Source: Candidatus Marinacidobacterales bacterium (lineage in GTDB: Bacteria; Acidobacteriota; Vicinamibacteria; Marinacidobacterales; SMYC01). Taken from it: a stretch of 64,000 nucleotides of DNA. The stretch lies in assembly GCA_965237955.1 (NCBI GenBank), contig OZ250169.1, forward strand, positions 4,768,001 through 4,832,000, given 5' to 3'. Below, piece after piece: positions 21,777 through 31,455 of the stretch. The notes below the pieces were generated by a model that ran no database searches, was not told the DNA's origin, and worked only from the letters and a program-made list of their open reading frames with translations. How positions within the stretch are numbered: the first letter of the stretch is position 1; each line of letters starts with the position of its first letter. The position numbers were made by a program, and so were the translations under genes.

Positions 21777-22553
21777 TTACTGTACTGTAACTCGTCCGGC
21801 GATAAGAGCGCGCACCGCTTCGAGATCTTCGACCGTGTCCACCCCGATCGAGTCGTGCTCTGTTTCCTCGAGTCGGATGCGGATGCCGTTCTCGAGCGCT
21901 CGGAGCTGCTCGAGTCTCTCCGCGAGCTCCAACGGAGACGGCGCGATGCGAGTGAGCTCCGTGAGTACGGCCTTCGGATACACGTAGAGGCCGATGTGCT
22001 TGTAATAAAGGTTCGGCGGTAGCTCGTCATCTCCGTCGACCGGGACCGGGCCTGCTGGGCCTGCTGGTATTGCCGAGCGCGAAAAATAGAGCGCGAAGCC
22101 CTTGCTGTCGGTGACGACCTTGACCACATTTCGATCGAGGAGCGTCTGCCGGTCGACGATCGCGCTCTTGAGGGTGACGATCGCTCCCGGTGCCACTTTC
22201 CGTGTTTGTTCCGCGAGCTGAACCGCCTCGTCGATCGCCTGCGGTGCGATGAGGGGCTCGTCACCTTGGACGTTGACGACGAGCTCAACGTCGATGTCCG
22301 CGATGGCTTCGGCAATCCGGTCGCTTCCGCTCGGATGTTCCGCTGACGTCATGACTGCTTTGCCCCCAAAGTCGGTCACAGCGTCGAAGATGCGCTCATC
22401 GTCCGTAGCCACGAGGACGCGCTCGACGCGCCTCGCTTGTGAGGCGCGTTGGTAGACGTGCTCGATGAGAGTCTTGCCGTGAATGTCGGCGAGGGGTTTT
22501 CCCGGGAGACGTTTCGACTGGAAGCGGGCTGGTATGACCGCGATCGTCCGCAT
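21777..22553 (-). CDS. kdsB: CMP-Kdo synthetase
   Basis: IPARFQSKRLPGKPL, VNVQGDEP, LEQLRALENG. Confidence 0.97.
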   Translation of the reverse strand: MRTIAVIPARFQSKRLPGKPLADIHGKTLIEHVYQRASQARRVERVLVATDDERIFDAVTDFGGKAVMTSAEHPSGSDRIAEAIADIDVELVVNVQGDEPLIAPQAIDEAVQLAEQTRKVAPGAIVTLKSAIVDRQTLLDRNVVKVVTDSKGFALYFSRSAIPAGPAGPVPVDGDDELPPNLYYKHIGLYVYPKAVLTELTRIAPSPLELAERLEQLRALENGIRIRLEETEHDSIGVDTVEDLEAVRALIAGRVTVQ

Positions 22554-22595
22554 TCAGTCGTGCGTTCCCATAAGGTAAGAAGAACGGTACGAGAA

Positions 22596-22624
22596 AGTTT
22601 AGTACTCACGGCGGTCTGTGTCAA
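22596..22624 (-). promoter_or_regulatory. Sigma70-type promoter of the kdsB-pyrG operon
   Basis: TTGACA-N17-TAAACT on the minus strand. Confidence 0.65.
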
Positions 22625-22636
22625 ATTTGTCAGCCT

Positions 22637-22697
22637 CCAGCATTCAGCATTCAGCATCCAGTTGAACTGAATGCTTGGATGCTGAATGCTGAATGCT
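22637..22697. repeat. Palindromic heptamer repeat (AGCATTC)n...(GAATGCT)n
   Basis: cagcattcagcattcagcatcca...tggatgctgaatgctgaatgct. Confidence 0.85.
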
Positions 22698-22709
22698 ATA
22701 GTGAAGCGC

Positions 22710-23615
22710 GTGCGACAAGCGCTACTCTTGATCGCGGTGCTGCTCTTCGCCACCGATGCTGCCACGCAGTCCCGTGTGATCCACATGGGGGCCCGCGCGG
22801 CCAGCATGGGCGGAGCTTTTACCGGAGTGGCCGACGACTCGACCGCGTTCTACTGGAATCCTGCCGGGATCGCGTTTGGGCCGTTTCTCTCGGCCGGCAT
22901 CTATCACGGTCGGGAAGAATCCGAGCGGAGTGGAAGCCTGTTCGAGGATCGCGCGAACGGGCTCTCACTCGAGTACACCTTCATGGGTGTCGCCTTCACT
23001 CAATTTCATCAGAGTGTTGGTGATGGCGATGACCAACGTGGGCCACGTGATCTCGACACGTTCGACGTCGCGGTTTCGGTGCTCCAGTCGCTGCCGATCG
23101 ATAACCTGGTTGTGGCCGGTAACGTGCACTACCTTAGTGGAACGACTTCGCTCGGAGGTGTGGAGAGCGGCAGCGACTCATGGGATGTGGATCTTGGCGT
23201 TATGTACGAGCGAAACCGAGTTTTCCGGGTGGGTCTCATGCTGAGCCACCTGCGAGAGGCGCGTTTCGTTCTGCCCGACGATGAACGGCTGCGTGTTCCG
23301 CGTCATGCGCGTGCCGGGTTTTCATTCCGACTACCGCAATCGTTTCTCGTCGCCTTCGACATCGACCTCTCAACTCAAGGGTTGGACTCAGAGACGTGGC
23401 GCGAGATTTCACTCGGTGCCGAGAAGGGTTTTGGCGGTCGCGCGTTCGTTCGCGGTGGACTCAGAGCCGAGGTTGGCTCGGCTCTCGGCTCGCGCCCAGC
23501 GTTCTCCGTCGGCGGTGGCGTCCACCTGTGGAAACTCGAGCTCGAAATCGCCTATCTGGGCTCGAGCGGCAGCCGCGAGGAAGCCTACTGGGTTGGTTTG
23601 TCTCTAGCGCGCTAG
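22710..23615 (+). CDS. Outer-membrane beta-barrel protein (TraF/PorV/FadL-like N-terminus)
   Basis: Signal peptide; GARAASMGGAFTGVADDSTAFYWNPAG; amphipathic beta strands; start is either GTG 22701 or GTG 22710. Confidence 0.8.
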   Translation: MRQALLLIAVLLFATDAATQSRVIHMGARAASMGGAFTGVADDSTAFYWNPAGIAFGPFLSAGIYHGREESERSGSLFEDRANGLSLEYTFMGVAFTQFHQSVGDGDDQRGPRDLDTFDVAVSVLQSLPIDNLVVAGNVHYLSGTTSLGGVESGSDSWDVDLGVMYERNRVFRVGLMLSHLREARFVLPDDERLRVPRHARAGFSFRLPQSFLVAFDIDLSTQGLDSETWREISLGAEKGFGGRAFVRGGLRAEVGSALGSRPAFSVGGGVHLWKLELEIAYLGSSGSREEAYWVGLSLAR

Positions 23616-23744
23616 TCCCCTGTATCAGAACAAACTAGATAAAGCAGAGCTTGCCGAAACCCTTCTAAGTGCATGAATCTTATGAATCTTATGGGCTGGC
23701 GAAAAGCCTAACTTTGTATAGTAATCAAAGATCCAGGGGACTAG
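23612..23744 (+). mobile_element. MITE copy 1 (129-bp insertion at CTAG, on the stop codon of the beta-barrel gene)
   Basis: CTAGTCCCCTG...CAGGGGACTAG inverted ends; near-identical copies at 31899, 34247 and 51127. Confidence 0.93.
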
Positions 23745-23750
23745 TCGGTC

Positions 23751-23779
23751 TTGACTTTATTCCAGGCGTCAGTTACATT
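23751..23779 (+). promoter_or_regulatory. Probable original sigma70 promoter of pilB, now displaced by ISL3
   Basis: TTGACT-N17-TACATT; removing the IS places it about 80 bp upstream of the pilB ATG. Confidence 0.55.
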
Positions 23780-23815
23780 AGTAAATCTCGGTAATCCACT
23801 GTGAACAGTAAAGTT

Positions 23816-25534
23816 GCCTCTCCTGCCATTTCAGTGGATCCTCTCGAGGGTGAGACCGCCACAGTTTAGGTAGACGAGACTGATGAGAGCTTCGGCAGAG
23901 TGGAGTCCAAAGCTGCGGTGGCTCAGCAGCCGGATTTTGTTGTTCATTCCTTCGAGTCGGCCGTTGCTGAGTCTCCACGTGACCCACGCGATGACGCCAT
24001 CGAAGTGGCTGCGGATCATCTTCGCCGCGCGTTTGACGGGCTCTATCCTCGAGCTCATAGCGCGCCGCAGCCATCCTCGGAGAAACTTCTTGGCCCATGT
24101 CTCGGTTTTGTAGGTGTAGAGGTCCATGAAGTCGTCGCGCAGAAGCATGGCGCGGTAGAGGCGACGATTAGCTCGCACCTGCTCGCGGAGCACCCGTTTG
24201 TCTTTCGCGCTGCGGTTGTGTTTGGCCTTGAGAAGGGGAAACTTGGTGTTCTTGAGGTTGCGCCGGGCAGTCCCTTTGAGCTCGCGCACCAGCTCGCGCC
24301 GGGTCTTATCCACGGCCTCGTTCAGATGCTTGACGATGTGGAAGCGGTCAAAGATCACCCGTGCCTGAGGAGCCTTTTTGCCGACGACAGTTCTGTACGG
24401 CTCCCACATGTCCATGCTGACCGCTTCGAGCTCCGCGGCTCTTTGTGGTCCGAGCTTGCGGAAAAACCGCAGCAGCGTCTTGGCCTTGCGCTCCTTTCCC
24501 GCCCAGACGACCCGGCCGCTGAGATGGTCTATTACCACTGTTAAGTACTTGTGGCGTTTGCGGTAGCTGATCTCGTCCATCCCAATCACCCGCAATCCAT
24601 CGAGCTCGCGCCGCTCATCCCGCTGCTCGGCAACCACTCGCTGGATGATCCGTCGCACCGAACGCCACGTCACTCGGAAATAGTTCGCTACGGCGCTGAC
24701 GTCCGTCCTCTGTGCCAGCCACGCTACCTCTTGTTCGAAGCTTTTGGTAAAGCGGCTTCCCTTGTCGGCCCAAGGCACCTTTTCTCTGACCACTCCACAC
24801 CGCCGACATACCACTCGTCGGATCGAGTAGCGAAGATAGGTCCGGACTCCGAACAGGTCCAAGTGCCGCCAGTAGCGATTGTAGCGATCTTTGTTCTTGC
24901 GGACCTTTCGTCCGCAAATCCCGCACAGAGGCTTCCTCCTCCGTGGTACTACATCCACCACCACTCTGGCTTTGTCCGCCTGGAAGTGGAAACCTCGGAC
25001 CCACAGGCCTTGCAATCCGATGAGCTTGTTGACTAACGTAGTAACGCGCATCGCGGGAACGCTCTTTTCTCTTTCGGAAAAAAAGATTCTAGCGTTCTCG
25101 CCGATGCGCATCTACACATGGCTTACCCTCTCAACCCACGGGCCTCACCAAATGCCACTGCCCCTCAGCGGGAGACGAGGCTGTGGGAAACGCCCCCACG
25201 GTTCTGGTCGTTCAGACCTTGCTCACGACTGAGTTCTCTTCGAAGCCTGGAAGGGCGTTTTCCATAGCCTCCACTAATCGAGCCCCCCCTTCCTTATTCC
25301 ATATGAATTAATCTTTCTTGTATATATATCAGGAGGGGCCTGTGGGCGCTCGTGGGAAACGCGAAGCGTTTTCCAAGCGATTGTGGAAAACGCCGCTCCA
25401 CGTTTGTACGTGCTCACAACCTTTCCCTAAACGCCTCTCTCGCCCGGAGTTTCCGGCGTTTTCCACAATCGCGGCAGCGTCCATAGGCCATGCCCTCCAA
25501 CACAAATCAGATCCCCCGAAACGACAGGAGAACC
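23816..25534 (-). mobile_element. ISL3-family insertion sequence (1719 bp)
   Basis: IRs GCCTCTCCTGCCATTTCAGTGG and GGTTCTCCTGTCGTTTCGGGGG; 8-bp direct repeat GTAAAGTT at 23808-23815 and 25535-25542. Confidence 0.95.
23831..25051 (-). CDS. ISL3 transposase
   Basis: Zinc finger (CGIC...CRRC), IGMDE, SMDMW, FDRFH, SNGRLEGMNNKI. Confidence 0.96.
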   Translation of the reverse strand: MRVTTLVNKLIGLQGLWVRGFHFQADKARVVVDVVPRRRKPLCGICGRKVRKNKDRYNRYWRHLDLFGVRTYLRYSIRRVVCRRCGVVREKVPWADKGSRFTKSFEQEVAWLAQRTDVSAVANYFRVTWRSVRRIIQRVVAEQRDERRELDGLRVIGMDEISYRKRHKYLTVVIDHLSGRVVWAGKERKAKTLLRFFRKLGPQRAAELEAVSMDMWEPYRTVVGKKAPQARVIFDRFHIVKHLNEAVDKTRRELVRELKGTARRNLKNTKFPLLKAKHNRSAKDKRVLREQVRANRRLYRAMLLRDDFMDLYTYKTETWAKKFLRGWLRRAMSSRIEPVKRAAKMIRSHFDGVIAWVTWRLSNGRLEGMNNKIRLLSHRSFGLHSAEALISLVYLNCGGLTLERIH

Positions 25535-25577
25535 GTAAAGTTTAGTCCGTCCAAGTGACAGCCCGCGGAGTGGTTGG

Positions 25578-27298
25578 ATGCCTATAAAGCTCGGCGAGCT
25601 GCTGGTGAAGGAAAACCTGATCACGCCCCAGCAGCTTCAAGAATCACTGCAGTACCAGAAACAGCACGGCGGAAAACTCGGTTACAACTTAGTCAAGCTC
25701 GGATTCGTCAAGGACGAGGAGATCACGCAACTGCTCTCCGTTAATACGGCGTGCCCTCGATCAACCTGGCGCGCTTCGAGATTGATCCCTCGGTCATCAA
25801 GCTCGTCCCAGCCGAAACAGCTCAGAAGTATCAGATTATCCCGCTCTCGCGAGCCGGAGCGAACCTGACCATCGCGATGGTCGATCCGACCAACGTGTTC
25901 GCCATGGACGACATCAAGTTCATGACCGGCTATAACGTGGAGCCCGTCGTCGCTTCTGAGACGGCGATCATGGAGTCGATCGAGAAGTACTATGGCTCGG
26001 TTCACTCTCTCCAGATCAAAGAGGAGATGGACAAGCTCGTCGAGACCGACGAGTTCGGGGATGACGTCGAGGTTCTCGAGGAAGGCGACGAGATCGATCT
26101 CCAGGAGCTCGAAAAATCATCGGAAGAAGCTCCTGTCGTCAAGCTCTGCAACCTGATCTTGACGGACGCCCTCCGTCGCGGGGCGAGTGACATACACATC
26201 GAGCCCTACGAGCGTGAGTTTCGCGTCAGGTTCCGCATCGACGGTGTGCTCTACGTCGTCATGAACCCGCCGATGAAGCTCAGAGACGCGATGATCTCGC
26301 GTATCAAGATCATGGCGAAGCTCGACATTTCCGAGAAACGGCTACCTCAAGACGGCCGTATCAAGATCCGTATGAACAACCAGGGAAAGTTGCGCGAGCT
26401 CGACTATCGTGTCTCGACGCTCCCCACCCTCTGGGGCGAAAAAGTCGTGCTCCGGTTGCTCGACAAAGAGAACCTCATGCTCGACATGACCAAGCTCGGG
26501 TTCGAGGTGGAATCGCTGAAGCACTTCGAAGAAGCCATCTTCAAGCCGTGGGGTATGGTTCTCGTGACCGGCCCGACCGGCAGCGGCAAGACGAACACGC
26601 TCTACTCGGCCATCAGTCAGCTCAACGTTCCCGAGACCAACATCATGACCGCTGAAGATCCGGTCGAGTTCAACCTCGCCGGTGTCAACCAGGTCCAGAT
26701 GAAAGAGTCCATCGGGCTCAACTTCGCGGCTGCGCTGCGATCGTTTTTGCGGCAAGACCCGAACATCGTTCTCGTGGGAGAGATTCGAGACTTCGAGACG
26801 GCGGAGATCGCGGTGAAAGCCGCTCTGACCGGGCATTTGGTGCTGTCGACGCTCCACACCAACGATGCCCCGTCGACGGTGAACCGTCTCATGAACATGG
26901 GCATCGAGCCGTTTCTCGTGGCCACGTCGGTGCACCTCATCTGTGCGCAGCGTCTCGTGCGCCGCATTTGCAAGGAGTGCAAGGCGCCGATGGAGATTCC
27001 GGCGCAGGCGCTCATCGACGCCGGCTACACTCCCGAAGAGGCGAAGGGCGTGCAACCGCAGAAAGGCCGCGGCTGCGGGACCTGCAACAACACCGGTTAC
27101 AAGGGGCGCGTCGGTCTCTACGAAGTGTTCGAGCTTTCCGATGAGATCCGGCAGTTGGTTCTCGAGGGCGCATCGTCTATCGAGCTGAAGCAACGCGCGA
27201 CCGAAGAAGGCATGATTTCGCTTCGCCAGAGCGGGCTCCAGAAAGTCCGCGACGGTATGACGACCATGGAAGAGGTCGTTCGAGAGACGGTGAAGTAA
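25578..27298 (+). pseudogene. pilB: Type IV pilus extension ATPase PilB, frameshifted near 25740
   Basis: KLGELLVKENLIT (MshEN-like) in one frame; YGVPSINL onward, TGPTGSGKT, AEDPVE and tetracysteine motif in another; junction reads ctctccgttaatacggc. Confidence 0.9.
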
Positions 27299-27332
27299 AT
27301 TCCGACGGCATCTAGCGAAGTGAGGATTCGAT

Positions 27333-28472
27333 ATGGCGGTTAGCCTCCATCAGCTCTTGAAGACCATGCTCGAGATGGGCGGGTCGGACCTGCATCTCAC
27401 CAACAACTCACCGCCGCAGATCCGTGTGGACGGTAAGCTGAGGCCGCTCGACATGCCGCCGCTCACGACTGTCGAAACCAAGCAGCTCGCCTACAGCGTG
27501 CTCACCGACAACCAGAAGCACCGTTTCGAAGAGAACCTCGAGCTCGACTTCTCGTTCGGCATCAAGAACCTCGCGCGGTTTCGCGCCAACGTGTTCCAGC
27601 AGCGGGGCTCTGTCGCCGCGGTCTATCGAACCATTCCTTACGAGATCAAAGGATTCAAGGAGCTCGGGCTTCCACCGGTCATCGCCCAGATTTGCGACAA
27701 ACCGCGTGGATTGGTCCTGGTCACCGGCCCCACGGGAAGCGGGAAGTCCACGACCCTCGCCGCCATGCTCGACAAGGTCAACAAGGAGCGCTACGAGCAC
27801 ATCATCACCATCGAGGATCCGATCGAGTACCTACACAATCATCAAAAGTGCATCGTGAATCAGCGTGAGATTCACTCGGACACGCACAGCTTCACCAACG
27901 CCCTTCGTTCCGCGCTCCGTGAAGATCCCGATGTCGTGCTCATCGGGGAGATGCGCGACCTCGAGACAATCGAGTCAGCGCTCCGTATCGCGGAGACGGG
28001 CCATTTGACGTTCGCCACGCTTCACACGAACTCGGCGGTGCAAACCATCAACCGTATCGTCGATGTGTTTCCGGCCCACCAGCAGTCGCAGATTCGAGCT
28101 CAGCTCTCGTTCGTGCTCGAAGGCATCATGTGCCAGTCGCTCCTTCCGAGAGCGAGCGGCTCGGGCCGCGCGCTCGCGATGGAGATCCTGGTTCCGAACT
28201 CGGCTATTCGGAACCTCATTCGCGAGGACAAGATCCATCAGATCTACTCGTCGATGCAGACCGGCCAAGAACGCCACGGCATGCAGACGTTCAACCAGTC
28301 GCTTGCGACACTGTATTTCAAGAAGCAGATTACGCTGCAGCTCGCGCTCGCGATGTCGTCGAACAGCGACGAGCTTCAGGACATGATCAACCGCGGTACG
28401 GGTCTGGTGACTCCCGGCGGACGTCCTCCCGTTGCCGCAGGCCGACAGGGCGGCGGTGTGGTGAGGCGCTGA
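27333..28472 (+). CDS. pilT: Type IV pilus retraction ATPase PilT
   Basis: SDLHL, TGPTGSGKSTT, EDPIE, AIRNLIRE. Confidence 0.97.
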   Translation: MAVSLHQLLKTMLEMGGSDLHLTNNSPPQIRVDGKLRPLDMPPLTTVETKQLAYSVLTDNQKHRFEENLELDFSFGIKNLARFRANVFQQRGSVAAVYRTIPYEIKGFKELGLPPVIAQICDKPRGLVLVTGPTGSGKSTTLAAMLDKVNKERYEHIITIEDPIEYLHNHQKCIVNQREIHSDTHSFTNALRSALREDPDVVLIGEMRDLETIESALRIAETGHLTFATLHTNSAVQTINRIVDVFPAHQQSQIRAQLSFVLEGIMCQSLLPRASGSGRALAMEILVPNSAIRNLIREDKIHQIYSSMQTGQERHGMQTFNQSLATLYFKKQITLQLALAMSSNSDELQDMINRGTGLVTPGGRPPVAAGRQGGGVVRR

Positions 28473-28534
28473 TGATGATGTTGAGGGCGGGGTCGATTTT
28501 GAACTGGGGAGTGGGAAGCTAAGGAGGCAAAACG

Positions 28535-29742
28535 ATGCAGGCCTAAACGTGTTCAACAAAGGCAAGACGCGCGCGGGAGCAGCGACTTCGGGAGAGCGAA
28601 CCGCGGACTCGAAGGACGCGGTCATTGCCATGCTCCGCCGCGAGCAGATCCTGGTCACGAGCGTCAAAGAGAAGGGGAAGGAGATTGCCCTTCCGAAGTT
28701 CGGGACCGGTATCAGTTCCAAGGACGTGGCGATCTTCACCCGCCAGTTCTCGGTCATGATCGACGCCGGTCTGCCGCTGGTCCAGTGTCTCGAGATCCTG
28801 GGAAGCCAGCAGGACAACCCCAACTTTGCGAAAGTTCTGATTCAAGTGCGCCAGGACGTCGAAGGCGGCGCGTCGCTCGCGGACGCCATGAAAAAACACC
28901 CCAAGGTGTTCGACGACCTGTTCACGAACATGATCGCGGCCGGTGAGGCGGGCGGTATCCTCGATCTCATTCTCAAGCGGCTCGCGGTCTACATCGAGAA
29001 ATCCGTCAAGCTGAAATCGCAAGTCACATCGGCCATGGTCTACCCGATTGCTGTTGTCTCCATCGCTGGCCTCGTTGTCGCCGTGATCCTGTGGAAGGTG
29101 ATCCCGACGTTCGCCGCTCTGTTCGCGGGGCTAGGGGCTCAGCTGCCGCTTCCGACCCGGATTGTCATTCTTATGTCGAACTGGACGGTGCGGTTGATCG
29201 TTCCCGCCATCATCGGGGGGATCGCTGGCGTTTACGGAATCAAGCGGTGGCACGACACCCACAAAGGGCGCCGGGTTCTCGACGGCATCTTGCTCAAAAT
29301 GCCCATTCTCGGAATGATCCTGCGGAAGATCGCGGTCGCCCGCTTTTGCCGCACGTTGGCGACCTTGATCTCGAGTGGTGTGCCGATTCTCGACGCGCTC
29401 GAGATCACGGCGGTGACGTCGGGCAACGCCATCGTCGAAGACGCCATCATGGAGACGCGGAAAAGCGTCGAAGGTGGTCAGTCGCTCGCGGCGCCACTCA
29501 AGCAAACGGATGTGTTCCCGCCCATGGTCGTCCAAATGATCTCGGTAGGTGAGCAAACCGGTGCTCTCGACAACATGCTTTCCAAGATCGCGGACTTCTA
29601 CGAAGACGAAGTCGATACCGCGGTCGCGAACTTGATGACGTTGATGGAGCCGCTCCTGATCCTGTTTCTCGGCACGGTAGTTGGTGGCATCGTCATCTCC
29701 ATGTACCTGCCCATCTTCGACCTGATCAACCAGATGTCGTAG
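28535..29742 (+). CDS. pilC: Type IV pilus platform protein PilC; native start appears disrupted
   Basis: FTRQFSVMIDAGLPL, AGEAGG, EP motifs; AAGGAGG-N7-ATG CAG GCC TAA at 28535 is out of frame with the long ORF from GTG 28549. Confidence 0.88.
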
Positions 29743-29851
29743 CTGGCTCGGGAGTCGACGCGCGGGAAGGGCACGAAGTTGCCCTTCCCATCGTCGTTGC
29801 GCCGGTATTCCCGAGAAACGCCGCCGAGCACAGCCAAGTACAGGTTGACCT

Positions 29852-31455
29852 ATGACTGCCACGAACAGGGCGGATGCCGTCCGGAAAATCGCCGATACAC
29901 CTCTGGTGTGGCTGATGTTCCTGCGCGTCGTCGTGGTGACGGCGCTCATGGGCTCGGCGGTGGTGACGGAAGTCATCCGCAGGCCACGCGGGCCCGGCGA
30001 CCCGCTGTACTTTCTCATTGCGCTCACCTACCTGTTGACGCTCGTCTACGCACTCGCCTGGCCCTTCACCGCGCGCTATCGAAAACAGCTGGCCTACGTG
30101 CAGATTCTCGGCGACCTTCTGATCATCACCGGGATCGTCTATTACACGGGCGGCACCGAGAGCAATTTCTCGTCGCTCTACTTCTTCAGCATCATTGCTG
30201 CCAGCATCATTCTCTTTCGCCGGGGTGGGTTGGTTGCGGCGAGCGCGGCGTCGATCCTCTATGGCTCGCTGATTCAAGGGCTCTATTTGGGGACGTTGCC
30301 TCCGTACCCCACCGCCGGCGGCGCCTCTCCGGTGGTGATGCCGTCACAAGTCGTGGCGTACACGATTTTCGTGAACGTGTTCGGCTTCTATACCGTCGCG
30401 CTGCTCACGAGCTACCTGTCCGAGAATCTCCGTCTCACCGGCAGGAAGCTCGAAGAAGCCTCCGATTTTCTGGCGGATCTCCAGGTCTTCAATCAGACGA
30501 TCATCGACTCGATCACGTCGGGGCTCATGACGACGGATTTCGAGGGATTGATCAATTTCTTCAACTCGGCCGCTGCGACTATCTTCGCCCGTAGCCCGGC
30601 TCGAGCGGTGGGCGCGAACGTGACCGAGCTCCTTGCCGAGACCGACGACTTTCTCGAGCGGATCAAGGAGAGCCTTTCCGATGGGCGACGTTACCTGCGG
30701 CTCGAAGGAACTTACTTGAACGGTCGGGGAGACGAGATCTACCTCGGGATGGGCTCGAGCGCGAGGTTCGCCTGAAAGAAAATCTTGCCACGATGGGTGA
30801 AATGGCCGCAGGGATGGCGCACGAAATCAGAAATCCGCTCGCGTCCATCAGCGGCTCGGTGCAGGTATTGCGCGAGGCCGAGACTCTGAGCGACGAGCAA
30901 AAGCGGCTGATGGACATCATCGTCAGGGAGTCGGAGCGACTCTCGGGGACCTTGACCGAGTTTCTGGCCTATGCACGACCGCCACGATTCGAGCCGGGTC
31001 AGATCGATCTGCGCCCCGTGCTCGAGGAAACGGCGACGCTTCTAGCGCACAGCTCCGAGGTGCTACCCGAGCACGAGATCGTGTTGGACACCCCTGACAC
31101 CCCGGTTCACGTTTTCGCCGATCCCAATCAGATGAAACAGATCACGTGGAACCTCGCACGAAACGCCCTCCAGGCAATGCCGAATGGTAGAAAGCTCGTC
31201 ATGTCCCTCGCGAGAAACGGCGCCGGGGAAGTGGTCATGGCGTTTCGCGATGAAGGTGTCGGGATGCCCGATGGCGAGGTGTACAAGGTGTTCGAGCCAT
31301 TTTCCGGAAGTTTCGAGCGCGGCAGCGGCCTTGGGCTCGCAATCGTGTATCGTATTGTCAAAGACTACAATGGAGTCATCAAGGTCGATAGCCTGGCTTC
31401 CAAAGGTACGGAGATTTCCGTGCACTTTCCGTTGGACCGGAGGACAATCGGTTGA
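29852..31455 (+). pseudogene. pilS: PilS-like sensor histidine kinase with internal deletion and frameshift near 30750
   Basis: Multi-TM N-terminus and a PAS domain that breaks off at GMG; the other frame resumes LEREVRLKENLATMGEMAAGMAHEIRNPL and continues through HATPase. Confidence 0.85.
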
